Positions 30,671 through 42,800 of a DNA stretch of 64,000 nt are shown here, piece by piece. The notes below the pieces were generated by a model. The model saw only the letters and a program-made list of their open reading frames with translations. It was not told the DNA's origin and did no database searches. Numbering within the stretch: the stretch's first letter is position 1; the number at the start of each line of letters is the position of its first letter. This DNA comes from a virus (lineage: Duplodnaviria; Caudoviricetes). The position numbers were made by a program, and so were the translations under genes. The DNA is taken from the IMG/VR virus record IMGVR_UViG_3300028804_000001, positions 128,001 through 192,000 of that record; one strand, 5' to 3'.

Positions 30671-33600
30671 TATTGACCTCCTGTCGTGTTAGGAAGAACT
30701 GTCCTAGGGGAATAGGATTGGTTATTTTGAATTCTTTCAATAAGACCACCACCAGGAGTAAAGATATCTTGGCGGACATTATCTTGCGCTATATTAAAGT
30801 CATTCATAGAACCATCAAGCTGATTTAGTTGATCAGTAATAGAAGAACCAAACTCTTCTTTAAAGGCATCAATGTTAGCACTGAATCTAGATTTGAGGAA
30901 CTGCTGAATAACTCCAATACCATCTTCAGTAGTTTGAATATGTTGTTTTTGCATACCATCAAGGTTAGCCACAAATGGCTCACCCTTGGCATATAGTCCA
31001 CTAATAGTTAGAGCATTCTGGCCATAGTAGTTACTTATAATAGCATTGAATGCATTTGCGGTTGGATCCCAGATATATTCTTTTGCTAGATCTAGTCCTT
31101 TATAGGCACCATATGCTCCAGCAAGTCCCTTAACTCCAAATGGTTGGAATGCTGTAGCAGTTTCAAATATTCCCCCTATGATTGAATTACCACCGAGGAA
31201 CTGAGCTGCCAAATGGCGAGCTTTTACGTTCACGGTAAGGAATGCCTGGCTGGCAGTTTCCATAAGTCTCTTTAGATCTGCTGGACTTATATTTCCATTA
31301 GCACTTCCGATCTCCTGTAGATATGATCTTATTAATCCGCCTTCAGCTGCTTCTAGAGATGCTGGAGGAGTTCCTTTTCCAGAAAGCATATTCCAGAATG
31401 CTTCCTCTACATCAGAAGCTTTTACTTGTCTTGATATACCACTAGTCTCAGAAGTAATAGCATTAAGTTTTTCACCAGTAGAAGCCTCTCTAATAACTCT
31501 TTGTATCTCATCAATCTTAGCTTTATCAACAGACTGATCAGTCACACTGGTTATTACACCTTCAAGAGAGTTAGCACCACCATTAAATGTGTCTCGTGCA
31601 GCAGCTTCTACTTTTCCTCTGGCGGCCGATTTTCCAATAGTAGTCTGATTAGCCTCGAGTTCCTTTGCAAACTCACTAACATATTTCTTCATAGAATCTA
31701 GATCAGTTATCTGTCTAGATTCCAATTTATCGAGTGTTGCTTTTATATGAATTTTGAGCTCGGTTGGACTTTCTTCTACTACTCTAGCAATATTAGATTC
31801 ATATGTAGTAGATAGTTTTGCAATTTCTTGTTCAACTCTTGCTCTAAGTGCAATATCCTCTATCTTAGCTGCCGAGCTGTTTAGTTCTACAACAAACTTA
31901 CCAAATGTGGACTCTGCGCTTATTGCTTTTGCTGCAACCCCTTCAGATGCTCTGATCCCTTTTCTTATATTAGAAATCATAGTAGGATCGTCGAGTGTTC
32001 TTACAACTCTACCAACACCAGAATTATCAAATATTCTAGATGCCGTATTTCTAATAAAGTTTCCTGGTCTTTGTAAGAATCTGCTAAGTCCAGATCTAAC
32101 TGGATTAGATACTGCCTGTAATTCTCCTCTTGCAGATCGTAAAGCCCTAGCTCCACGAATTAAGAAGTTCTTAAGAGATCCACCTCTTCGTATAGCTCTA
32201 ATTCCAAGGAACAAAGTAGCGGCCATGGCAGCTGCACCAACTACAGTCATGATAGCCCCGGTTAAGGACCATATCCACGGTGTCTCAGGGCCATTAGATG
32301 TAGCATAATCATTATATGCTGGAAGTCCCGGAGTAACAACAGTCACGAATCCCTGCTGCTTATTAAAGATATGTGTATATTCTTTAACTTCAAAATGACC
32401 AAACATATCTCTGATTGGATCCGTTATATAAATAACATCCCATTCATTGATATTAGAGTCTCCCAAGAAGGTTATAGAGCCGTCATAATAATCTCTAACA
32501 AGATTGGATAGAACTCCGATACCCATAGATGCTATTGATTTCTCATGGTTGATAGCCTCTGAAGATGGGGGGTTCCTAACAAATGTTCTATATTTATTTA
32601 CCCAACGAAGAGTAGGTGATACAAAGTATGATCTCTTAACATAAGATCCAGCATCAATATCATTGATCGCGGGGTTTAAGAGAGTCTTTGCTCTTTCTTT
32701 CGCATCATCCTGAAACTTATCTTTAGCGGCCCCAAGGAAATGTACATCAGTCCAGTTAAAGCCTTTCTGGAGGTTAATAGAGTTATCTATAATATCAGTT
32801 TCTACATCTTTGTAGTGAATATTAGAAACACGTTTATGAGAAGAGCTTCTCTGATATCCTTGCTGTAAAGCCCAGGTTAGAACTTCCTCAGATCCTCTCA
32901 GGATACATTCTGAGACTGCAAAGGCACTATAAACTTCCTTAAGTTTTGGCTTAGAAGGATCATCCAAATTCTTTGTTTTGATATCATTCATTACACCGGA
33001 GATATCATCAACTACCATCCATCTAAGGACATGCATCTTCACCTGATCTAGAAAATCTCTATCAGTTGCAGTATTAATACCTACTCCAGCTTTTAAAGGA
33101 TATAGTAGGCTGATCATAAATCTTCTAGCAGATACATCATCAACTGGAAGAGGATTCCCCTTTTTATTCCATTCGATAAGTATATTCTTTATCTCGGCTA
33201 TACCACCGGAATTACCATCAGAGAATTCCTTTAAAGATCTCTGGGCTGCTAGTTGATCAATAGCAGCAGTTAAATCCTCGGTTATTAATCTTCTACCTTC
33301 TTCAGTAGTATTAATATTACCCTGCAGAAGATCTATAATTACTTGAACTCTAGCAGCATCCTGTGGAGAAAGCTCCTGAGGATTTTCATTTTCATCTCTA
33401 ATACTTATAGCAGTATTAATAATGAGGTTGATAATAGTAATAACATGTTCAATCTGATTTCTATCTGGTATATCGTAGAATACTTTTCCAGAGGATGTTG
33501 TATTCATCAATGCAAGAGATCTTGCAACATAGATATACCACATGGTGAACAGGGCAATAGAATCATCTCCTGGTTTAAGAACCGCATCGAGAAGAATTTC

Positions 33601-36600
33601 AATAGCTTCTAAATTATGACCTTTAACAACCTCAAGATGCTTAATGAGGTTAGCTGTCTTAATCTCTGGAATTAGATGCTTTCTACTATGACGATAGTAT
33701 CCTCTCATTCTATCGGTAATAACAAGAGTATTTCTTTCTCCAAATGGTCTTACTGTGCATACATGATTTGGAAGCTGAAGGAGAACTTCCTGGAGATATG
33801 ACCACATAGTTTCATTATAAAGAACATGTGCTTCTTGAGGACCTGCACCTTCTCCAGTAATAGCACGTTTAACATTACTATACTTTTCAACAGCTAAGAA
33901 ATATATCTTCTGAAACTCACTGGTAAATTTTTTAGCCTGGCTAACAGCATTTTGATCTATATATTCTTTTAGTGCATCGGACGTAGTCTTATCTGTAGTT
34001 GCAACTTCGTATACTTTTTTTCCTAATCCAAAACTATTAGCTATGGGAGATAAAGGATTAACTAGATTAGTTAGCTTGGATAATATTGGACTACTACTTC
34101 CAAATATCTTTTCTCCTGGATTTGTTAAGAATCCAGTTACTCCGCTAGCAACAGATCCTGCAGTTGACTGACTGGTATTATTAGCACCCGCGGCTGCAGA
34201 ACCATCTCCCCATAATTCAGAAGCACCAGCAGAATAAAAGCTATCACTATATATAGGTTCTAGAATCTCTTTCTTGATTTGTTCTACTTTAGAATCTCTA
34301 TCTGTAATCTTGCTGAAGTAGTTATATCTAGTATCATTTACAGGTGCATGCCAGATGCGAATGTTCTCCTGTATATTGTGAGACTGAAGGAGTTCGTTGT
34401 TATTTATACTTACAATACTTCCAATAGCATTTGCTACTGCATTAGTTCCACCAACTGATTTAAACAGTTCTTTTGCAAACTTACCAAGAAGTGCAGATGT
34501 TGCCTTCTCCTTAAGAGTTGCCAATAAGCTTTGGCTACTTGGATCCAGGTTATCAAATTCAAATGCACTGGATCCTGCAATTGAAGTAGTTTCTCCTAAT
34601 CTTCCCTCGAGCCTATCTGTTACTTCGGTAAAGTTATTAACCAGTGCTTTACGTACCAAGAATTCTAAAGCAGAATACTGGTTACGTTGAACCTGCAAAT
34701 CGGAGTAATGCACATTTACAATCTCAGGTTCCGGTACTCCCATCTGTTCATAGAGAAGAGATCCAAAGCTTGTACAAACAATCTCCATGATTTGATCGCC
34801 TTGCATGCTTTCTATCTCACCAACGAATACTAAATCGTCATTAGTAAGGACAGAACCATAACCAAGGAAGATCATGAGATGGCATCCAGGTTTAAGTAGA
34901 ATGCTACTTATCTCAGAGTTAATAGATGGATTGTAAAAGAGAGGATTCTCTTTCTGCATCCTATCTGCCATTACGTTTGTAAGCCGGTTAGAAAAGTTTG
35001 TAAGCTTAACTCTAGCAGTTCTCATTGGAGATTTAACGGAACCATTTACTTCGATGCTTTCTACTCCAGAGTAGGAATAATAATCATCTAATAAGAGCCA
35101 TTCTCTTTTGTTATCCTGGAGAAAGTATAGCTTATAGATTGGATTCATCTTTGCTATCTTTTCACCAAATCTATATTTCTGCGCATCGTTTAATATCTGA
35201 GATTGCATGTTTTTAGTAACAGCAAATCCAGCTTCTCCATAAGCACCGGCAGTTGTATGAAGAAGGCTTGATATTGTTTTTATCTTTGTAATTGTGCTTT
35301 GCTGTGTATTAAATGAATTCGCAGCAAATCTTAACTGCTGCGAATCAAAAGCTATCCTAGCTTTATATTTAAAGCTTCCAACTTCAGTATCATCACTGGA
35401 GAATGCATTTCTAAGAGTGTTATTATCTACTATTAAACCTGGCCCATTTAATGATCTAAAACTATCTGCAGTTAAACCTGCTGGGTTAGCCGGAGGATTA
35501 GTAAAAGCTCTAGCAAATGTTTGTGCTATACTATTATTATCCTCATAGCCAGTAGGAGCAGGAGAGTTTATAGCATTTCTAGCATCGCTACACAACTTCT
35601 CCATTTCATTTGTAAAATCAAAATTAGGAGCAAGACCATTGGGATTAATAGATTTGTTAGATTGTATATCTCTAAAAAACTCCCCTGCAAAAGGAGTCCT
35701 AGTTGCTAGATCCCATCCTAAATTTATTCCATTGAATATCTTTAATGCTTCTGCATTTTGTATATTTTGAAGGGATATGAGGTTGATTTGCTGAGTAAAT
35801 AAAATAGCCTTTGGAAATGACTGTGGCTGCTTTGATCCACTTGTTTCGAAGTTAAATACTGTTGCCTGATTGTTTTCGTTTATGTATGAAATTTCATAAT
35901 CAAGAAGGATTAATCTATCGCTGGGATTTCCACCGTTTGGTCGGAATCCTTTATAGAGAAGATGATATGCTAGATCTAGAGAAGATTTATGGAACTCTTG
36001 AATATTAGACTTTCGTTTAAAATATTCAGAGATAGGTTTTCCAGAAAGGGAGTTCTTAACAGTGTAGTTAAGAACTTGAAGCATAGCTACACGGAAGACT
36101 GACTTTAAGAAGAAGTCCGCAGATCCAGGAGATCCTTCGAATAACCTTTGGCCGTTTATTAAATTCTGAGCTCGTACAGTTGCATCTACATTCTGTTTAG
36201 TAATATTACCCAGAGAGTAATTATTAGATTCTATGATAGCTGTCTGGACCTGAAATTCTCCAGCTATCTTTTCTACATCCTTTGTCTTTTCAGAATATAT
36301 CCAGAACCCAGGATATGTGACTCTACCGAGAGAAGTATAATATCTAAGTGGAATAGACAGATAGGTATCTGGATCTATAATATGCCCTAAAGATGCATCC
36401 TGATCTATCTCTGGTGGAAAAATAGGCCCACCTGCAAAGTTATTTGCATCTTCAGATATCTGTGCAACTAAACGTAGAAGAACGGCATTACCTATAGTAG
36501 CATATGGTATATTAGCTATAACACCTTTGAGAGTCTCTAACTGACTATCATCACTGGATGAAGAGTTTAACCAATTTGAAACAGCATCTATAACAATTCC

Positions 36601-39600
36601 ACCGAGAGTATATATTAGATATGCTACAACTAATACTATACCAAGAACAGCACTGACTTCAAAAGCCAGAGCCAGTAAGACACCTATAGCTATTCCTATA
36701 GCTAAGTTAGATAGAATTGATAAATATCCACCTGATTGATCTACATATGTTTCCCATATTCCACTAATAGTAGAATCGGAAATGTGGCTGATATATGGGC
36801 ATATGAAGTATAAGAAGTACGGGTTATCTCTAGCTTCTGGGCTAGCAGGATTAAGATACTCCACATGAGAAGATCTAGGATCGTTAGACTGCTTAACAAA
36901 AGTATTCTTAATATAGTACATCTCTGTTTCATGAATGAAATAGAGAATGTAGAGTCTCATGAAGTTAAATAGAGCATCATTAATATCCCTATCTTCCGGA
37001 GTTTGCCTACGATAATTATTACCGTATGCTATAAGTGTTCTAGCTCTCTTAATTAATCTCTTTCTAGATTCTTTAGAAAGAGATCTAATTCTTCTTCCTA
37101 CTTTTCTTCTAAGTTTAGCACGAGCTGCTTTGAGAGCATCTACCTCGGCTATCATTTGCTCAGTGGGCTCTATTCCAGATGTAGAAGTTGGACTACTAAT
37201 ATTAATCTTAGATTCCAACATTGGGAGCATATCTGCAAAGGAATATAATCTATTTAAAGATAATAGACCAAAGCATGCAGCTCTATATCCAGCACGTTCT
37301 GTGTTTAATATTGTAGTTAGATAATTCTTAATTGTTAATATCTGATAACCGTTTATACTCGATGCAATATTATAAGAGTTAGTTCCAAGTCTATCCATGA
37401 AAAGAAGCATCAGGTTTCTCATAGAGGCGCCAGCTTCTTTTTTACTTCCACTTAGTAGATCTTCTAATCCAACTCGTTTTTTATATTCTTCGTATTTACT
37501 AGAGAAATTGCCAGTCGTTTTAAAAGCTTTTGAAAGCTTCTTTGCTTCATCCAGATCGCCGGCTTTATTTTCATCAAAGGCAACATTGGAGTTGCCGTCG
37601 ATAGTTGTCGTTATAAGAAAACCAAGATTAGGAGCTGTTGATGTTTGTTGAGTAGATAGACTAAGCGATGTGTAACCATAGAAGCCACCAGCCAATGTTT
37701 CTGATTTCAACTGGGGCCCATTGTATCCTAGATATTCATCCATCTTATTTACTTCTGTGGGAAGTAATAAGGTTGAGAAAATATCTCTGGCCCTTCTACA
37801 CCATTGAACTATAAGACTATCTAGCTCATCTGGCTTATCATATGCCATCAGGATTTCTTTAATGAAATCCATATAATAGCTGGCCATTAACTGGGGAAGA
37901 TTAACATATAAGAGAGGAGCTACAGCTGGACCGAATTTGGCATTTATTTCTCCTATAGTTCCAGGTAAATCTGGATTAACAGCAGGTTGGACGCCATTGG
38001 GATTAACGGGATTTAATTGAATATTCTGACCGTTTATATTTACAGTATCTCTTCCAGCTGTTCTAGAAGGCATATTCTTATCATGTAGTTCAACTAGATA
38101 AGATATAAGAGCATCGATATTATCCTCTTTAGCTGGCTTTAAAGTTACAGTAGAAGAGTCCTTGACACTTGCAAACTTAAGTTCATCCGGAACTTTCTCA
38201 GCCTTCTCGCCAAGAATGTGTAATCCTGCCCATGCAGATGCAACTCCAATACCTATCTCTGCAAATTCCATTACTATTGCAGCTATACCCCCACCCCTAG
38301 AAAGCGTTTTAACTTTCTTCAAGGCGCCTGCTATCTTTGGAAGTTTACCAATTTTGGCTAAGAAGTTAGTTACGCCAGGAGCTATCTTGGTTGTAACCCT
38401 ACCTGCTGCACCTATGGTTTTATCTGGTGCTGCAGTTACAGCTAAGAAGGTTGCTCCACTTGCAATACGAATCATCTGATCTTCAGAAGCATTTGGATTT
38501 TCAAGTGCTCCTAATATACCTGGCATGATAGAAGGTTCTAGTGCGTGGGTGCTGTCTCCTATTGTTCTTTGTACAATTCTAAAGTTATGAAGGCGCTCTA
38601 GATTGATAGTTTCATTTGCAGGGAAAGAAGCTTTGAAGCCGCTAATTATTCTTTCTATTCTAAGAAGATATCTATTAAGAGCATAAGCTGCTAATACTGG
38701 AGCTACTGCGTTAATAATACCAACATGTGCAAGATTGAATCTAATAGACCTAGAGGCTAATCTAGCTTTGGCGGAATCGGTAGAATCTTCTACCCCTTTA
38801 ACTATATCTGCTAAAAGTGATCCTTCACCACCTTCTCGTTTCTGCCGGATTTGTTCCTGCAGTTTCTTTTGAAGTTCCTCGGGATTACCTTCTGGATCAT
38901 CGAATGTGGCAAACCACGCAATGGCCTTTTCTGCCATCTTCTCAGAAGAAACCTTTTTATATCTTAAAGATTCGGTAAGAGCGAATCTTCTATCTATCCA
39001 CTGACAGGTTAAAACAATACTAAGATGGCCTGGGTTTCCATCCAGTGTAGATATATCTGCTCTGGTTGGGTAGAATGACTTCATCCCAAATGCCGCAAAC
39101 AGAGGATGAGATAGGATCATTGGCTCTTCTTGGCCAAAGAATGGATCGTCAATTCTACCAGTTAGGCTCTTAACAGAATCGGCAATGATTTGATTAAACT
39201 GCTCGAGATTGAGATTATCTCTAAGAAGTCTTACAGCTCTAAGAGTTTCATCCGGGAATATCTGAGCAGGACCTCTATCTAGAAACTTTCTAAATGTTGA
39301 CTGAGAAGGATTAAACATAGCCCGGCCTTTTAATAAGCCGCGGGCTTGCTGCATCATATTATTAAGGGACTCATAAAGAGTAGTTCCCTTGAACATAGAT
39401 AAGATCTTTACAACTGTATCTGGATCATTAGTTACTATGTTCATAGTAACATATGCATTACGTCCACCCATGAACTGGCCAAATGGTTCATTGGCACCGG
39501 TCATAAAAATTGGTGTGGTATTATTATTAATACCCATAGAGACTTGAACTACTTTGGTATTAAGAACCTTACGAGCAGAACTAGAAGTAGTATCTTGCTG

Positions 39601-39822
39601 AATTGTTCGCTTAGTATTCAGCTTAACTCGAGTATGTTCAGTCATACTCTGCTGATTCATAAGATTAGCTACAGATGATAAACCTACGCAGGCATTAGCC
39701 ATCTGCTGGAAAATATCATTGCCGGCAAATAAGCTTCCGTTATTAGGAGCTCCTGTAATTGCATCTGGTATAGAAGACTGATAGAGTCTTCCAGTTTGAG
39801 GAGTTTTAATAGGTTCTGGCAT
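30670..39822 (-). CDS. Giant baseplate hub-like protein (gp27/gpD/VgrG-type fold) with transmembrane segments (3050 aa)
   Basis: Hub-like motifs: VESIEVNGSVKSPMRTARVKLTN; LLKPGCHLMIFLGYGS...VFVGEIESMQGDQIMEIVCTSFG; YYDGSITFLGDSNINEWDVIYITD...GHFEVKEYTHIF...GFVTVVTP. Several long hydrophobic stretches. Confidence 0.7.
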   Translation of the reverse strand: MPEPIKTPQTGRLYQSSIPDAITGAPNNGSLFAGNDIFQQMANACVGLSSVANLMNQQSMTEHTRVKLNTKRTIQQDTTSSSARKVLNTKVVQVSMGINNNTTPIFMTGANEPFGQFMGGRNAYVTMNIVTNDPDTVVKILSMFKGTTLYESLNNMMQQARGLLKGRAMFNPSQSTFRKFLDRGPAQIFPDETLRAVRLLRDNLNLEQFNQIIADSVKSLTGRIDDPFFGQEEPMILSHPLFAAFGMKSFYPTRADISTLDGNPGHLSIVLTCQWIDRRFALTESLRYKKVSSEKMAEKAIAWFATFDDPEGNPEELQKKLQEQIRQKREGGEGSLLADIVKGVEDSTDSAKARLASRSIRFNLAHVGIINAVAPVLAAYALNRYLLRIERIISGFKASFPANETINLERLHNFRIVQRTIGDSTHALEPSIMPGILGALENPNASEDQMIRIASGATFLAVTAAPDKTIGAAGRVTTKIAPGVTNFLAKIGKLPKIAGALKKVKTLSRGGGIAAIVMEFAEIGIGVASAWAGLHILGEKAEKVPDELKFASVKDSSTVTLKPAKEDNIDALISYLVELHDKNMPSRTAGRDTVNINGQNIQLNPVNPNGVQPAVNPDLPGTIGEINAKFGPAVAPLLYVNLPQLMASYYMDFIKEILMAYDKPDELDSLIVQWCRRARDIFSTLLLPTEVNKMDEYLGYNGPQLKSETLAGGFYGYTSLSLSTQQTSTAPNLGFLITTTIDGNSNVAFDENKAGDLDEAKKLSKAFKTTGNFSSKYEEYKKRVGLEDLLSGSKKEAGASMRNLMLLFMDRLGTNSYNIASSINGYQILTIKNYLTTILNTERAGYRAACFGLLSLNRLYSFADMLPMLESKINISSPTSTSGIEPTEQMIAEVDALKAARAKLRRKVGRRIRSLSKESRKRLIKRARTLIAYGNNYRRQTPEDRDINDALFNFMRLYILYFIHETEMYYIKNTFVKQSNDPRSSHVEYLNPASPEARDNPYFLYFICPYISHISDSTISGIWETYVDQSGGYLSILSNLAIGIAIGVLLALAFEVSAVLGIVLVVAYLIYTLGGIVIDAVSNWLNSSSSDDSQLETLKGVIANIPYATIGNAVLLRLVAQISEDANNFAGGPIFPPEIDQDASLGHIIDPDTYLSIPLRYYTSLGRVTYPGFWIYSEKTKDVEKIAGEFQVQTAIIESNNYSLGNITKQNVDATVRAQNLINGQRLFEGSPGSADFFLKSVFRVAMLQVLNYTVKNSLSGKPISEYFKRKSNIQEFHKSSLDLAYHLLYKGFRPNGGNPSDRLILLDYEISYINENNQATVFNFETSGSKQPQSFPKAILFTQQINLISLQNIQNAEALKIFNGINLGWDLATRTPFAGEFFRDIQSNKSINPNGLAPNFDFTNEMEKLCSDARNAINSPAPTGYEDNNSIAQTFARAFTNPPANPAGLTADSFRSLNGPGLIVDNNTLRNAFSSDDTEVGSFKYKARIAFDSQQLRFAANSFNTQQSTITKIKTISSLLHTTAGAYGEAGFAVTKNMQSQILNDAQKYRFGEKIAKMNPIYKLYFLQDNKREWLLLDDYYSYSGVESIEVNGSVKSPMRTARVKLTNFSNRLTNVMADRMQKENPLFYNPSINSEISSILLKPGCHLMIFLGYGSVLTNDDLVFVGEIESMQGDQIMEIVCTSFGSLLYEQMGVPEPEIVNVHYSDLQVQRNQYSALEFLVRKALVNNFTEVTDRLEGRLGETTSIAGSSAFEFDNLDPSSQSLLATLKEKATSALLGKFAKELFKSVGGTNAVANAIGSIVSINNNELLQSHNIQENIRIWHAPVNDTRYNYFSKITDRDSKVEQIKKEILEPIYSDSFYSAGASELWGDGSAAAGANNTSQSTAGSVASGVTGFLTNPGEKIFGSSSPILSKLTNLVNPLSPIANSFGLGKKVYEVATTDKTTSDALKEYIDQNAVSQAKKFTSEFQKIYFLAVEKYSNVKRAITGEGAGPQEAHVLYNETMWSYLQEVLLQLPNHVCTVRPFGERNTLVITDRMRGYYRHSRKHLIPEIKTANLIKHLEVVKGHNLEAIEILLDAVLKPGDDSIALFTMWYIYVARSLALMNTTSSGKVFYDIPDRNQIEHVITIINLIINTAISIRDENENPQELSPQDAARVQVIIDLLQGNINTTEEGRRLITEDLTAAIDQLAAQRSLKEFSDGNSGGIAEIKNILIEWNKKGNPLPVDDVSARRFMISLLYPLKAGVGINTATDRDFLDQVKMHVLRWMVVDDISGVMNDIKTKNLDDPSKPKLKEVYSAFAVSECILRGSEEVLTWALQQGYQRSSSHKRVSNIHYKDVETDIIDNSINLQKGFNWTDVHFLGAAKDKFQDDAKERAKTLLNPAINDIDAGSYVKRSYFVSPTLRWVNKYRTFVRNPPSSEAINHEKSIASMGIGVLSNLVRDYYDGSITFLGDSNINEWDVIYITDPIRDMFGHFEVKEYTHIFNKQQGFVTVVTPGLPAYNDYATSNGPETPWIWSLTGAIMTVVGAAAMAATLFLGIRAIRRGGSLKNFLIRGARALRSARGELQAVSNPVRSGLSRFLQRPGNFIRNTASRIFDNSGVGRVVRTLDDPTMISNIRKGIRASEGVAAKAISAESTFGKFVVELNSSAAKIEDIALRARVEQEIAKLSTTYESNIARVVEESPTELKIHIKATLDKLESRQITDLDSMKKYVSEFAKELEANQTTIGKSAARGKVEAAARDTFNGGANSLEGVITSVTDQSVDKAKIDEIQRVIREASTGEKLNAITSETSGISRQVKASDVEEAFWNMLSGKGTPPASLEAAEGGLIRSYLQEIGSANGNISPADLKRLMETASQAFLTVNVKARHLAAQFLGGNSIIGGIFETATAFQPFGVKGLAGAYGAYKGLDLAKEYIWDPTANAFNAIISNYYGQNALTISGLYAKGEPFVANLDGMQKQHIQTTEDGIGVIQQFLKSRFSANIDAFKEEFGSSITDQLNQLDGSMNDFNIAQDNVRQDIFTPGGGLIERIQNNQSYSPRTVLPNTTGGQ

Positions 39823-42800
39823 TAGAACTCCTCCACAAATTTACCATCGAGTAAACTATTAGCTTTGATATGATCCCAGATTCTAGAAACTAAAAGATCG
39901 TGCGAGTTATTAAATAAGTTAAGCAATGTTTCTATTCTAAATGCTGTAGCATTTGGTTTATTGGCCGGATCCTTTACATTATATCTACTACTATAGTATC
40001 TTTCTAATGTACGAGCTTCTATATCTCTTTCTCCATATTTCTGAACCCTTTCTTCAATGCTTGCCAGTCTCTGGAACTCTGCAATTAAGAATGCTCGTAT
40101 CTTCTCTCGTTCATTAGCCAAACCATGTGCAGTAGTTGTGCTCTGTTCTGAACTGGTTATTGTGGTATTCTGATTATTATCTAGGTTCAAGTTCTTAAAA
40201 GCGTATACTTCCATTTCAAGATTTATTAATCTTTTGGCTTCTATTTCTGAAAGTCCGGTGAAGCTTCGTGCTGTAAATGAATAGTTCTTTATCTCATTAT
40301 ATCTTCCCTGTATAGCCTGCTCATAATTTCCATCTAAAAGATATCTAAGAAGGTTAATACGAGAACCAATATAAATCATTGTCTCGGCATATAGAACATT
40401 CTTCCACTCTCCAACTGGACCCACATTATCAATAAGATCCCTTTTTATCATCTCTGTAGTTCTTGCTGGATTTAAAGATTGTTGGGATGCAATTATTAGT
40501 GCCACTCTGTTGCTTACGCCATTCATTACCTTTCTAGCTAAAGCTCCCAGGAATTTAGCTCTTTGTAGATCTGTTCCATCGCCCAGATTTATAAGAGTGT
40601 TGATGGCATCTCCAATTCTTGCAAAGATACTTCTTCCATATTTACGAGCTATCTTTCTGGTAAATTGAATGGATGAATCTGTGGCAGCGGCAAAAGATTT
40701 ATCTGGCCTGAAATCCCTTACAAATGGTTCAAAGGTATCTGCGTGATATGTATAAAAGAAATCCTTTTTATTTACAGAAGCATCTACATACTCATGAAGC
40801 AAATGCGTATAGTAATTTCTAAATGGTGCACATTCACTTATATTACTAGTAATATCTCTAGCTGGCTGAAGATAAGATAAACCTTCTAATTGTGGTTCAG
40901 TGTAGATAAAGTAATCAACAAACTTATTTGGATTTAATGGCCTTGGTCTTGTATTTCTATCACCAGGTCTTGTTTTAGGTTTAGAAACAGGAGCACCTTG
41001 GAGCAGATCTTTATCTGCAGAATCTATACTCCCATTTACTTTACTAGCCCCAAATACATCAGTTCCAAATGTTCTTCCATTGTTAGTATACGATGCAATT
41101 GTTCCAGCTGCATACATAATAGCTGGAGGCGTGCTATCGTCTACAGTTGAACTATCACTTCCACTTCCAGAATTAGTATACTGAGCATTGAATTCTTTTA
41201 TATATACATTCCTTAACATCTCTTTAGCCATAGCTAAGAATGAGCCCTGGTTTAGAAGTTTAATGGCATTGCTTATATAATTAGAATCGGTGCTCTCTGC
41301 AGCTAAAGCAACTATACCTGGGATATTAAATAATCTGGTCTTGGCATACCCAACAATGAATACATATCTACCGATAAGTTTACTATAGGTAATACTCAAA
41401 ATTACACATGGTAAGTTGGCAGTTAGAGTTCCAAACTTATGCTCGAATGCTATAAGTCTAAATGTATTATTTGCTTCCTGGCTTGTTAGATTAGTTAAAA
41501 CATCTCCATTAGAGAATACTCCATTACCAGATAGCCCAACTACTGGAAATGGAATTGCTTCTACCTGTCCTATAACGGAATCTTTTCCTTCGAATAATTG
41601 CGAAAACATAGTATCGCTAAGAGTTATATTCTCCTCTTCCCCATAATTCCAACTAAAAGTAGAAGTTATTGGATAGTGATCAGAGAATTCTATGGCCTGT
41701 TCAACTACAGGAATAACTGGAAAGTTCCGGGGATTAGTAATGATATAATCTTGCTGAACTGCTTGTTTCCATTTTCCCATCCTCTGTTCCCTAGACTGTT
41801 GATCGGTAACAGCATCTGGATTATCATTTGATGATAATGGTAAAACTCTTACATTAATTAACCATCTATCCTCAATGTCTAAAGGATTATTTGGATCTTC
41901 TATTCGAGGGATAAAGGCCTGAAAACCATCATAATACTCATCGATGATTTTATTAGTAAGGTGGTTATAACTATAACTTACTTTGGTTCCAGTCTTAAAG
42001 AAATGATAGCTATAAAAAATATGATCAATAGTTGTGAATGCTGACTCGATCCCATTAGCTGCTGCAGATTCTTCATAGAATGTTCCATACTGTCTTCTAT
42101 ATGCAGCTAGCTCACCTGATCTATTCTCGTTAGTTGGATTAGGAGCAAACTTAGGAGATAGAGCGTTGAACATTACCAGGCGACGCATTTCCTGAAATCG
42201 TTGTTCTACTTTATCATCAGAACCATATTTAAGGTAATCGGAATAAAAGTTACCTGGCCCATAGAAATAATCTTTTAAGTTAACACCAAAATTAATTTTA
42301 TTAATACTATTGGGATCATCTGCATTTGCAAGAAGACGCATAAGATCTGGATCTTCACATGTAATAATATCCATTGCATACTGGAATAAACCAGTTAGAT
42401 TAGGATCTGGTGTAGTATTAGATAGTGATTGTCTTAAAGATCGAACCCCTCTCTCTTGGAAAGTTCTAGATCTTTCATCCATTACTCTAAATACAACTTT
42501 GGCTGCTCTACGAGTAGATAAGTCTTTCTTAATAACAAAGTTGCTAAAACCTTGAAATCTTAATTCATCAAGTCCGGATGACTCGGGATAATAACTATAG
42601 TTAAAGTCACCAGCTACGATATATGGAATATCTTCATTTAAAGATAATATCTCCTTTAGAAGAGCCACAGATTCTAACTTTCTAACTTGTTCTGTAATGA
42701 AACCAGAATCAGTTACGTTTGTTGATAAACCTTCTCTTGCTTTAAAGTGGCAACAGTAAAGGGCTAACTTATTACCATTTCCCCTGCTTAGCATTACCTT

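Noticed and set aside
27218-39822. Bacterial T6SS/eCIS/tailocin locus instead of a phage
   Set aside because: No TssJLM, ClpV or AAA ATPase and no bacterial flanking genes are present. The module size, many accessory structural genes and candidate RNAP favour a large phage, although capsid genes are outside the window.
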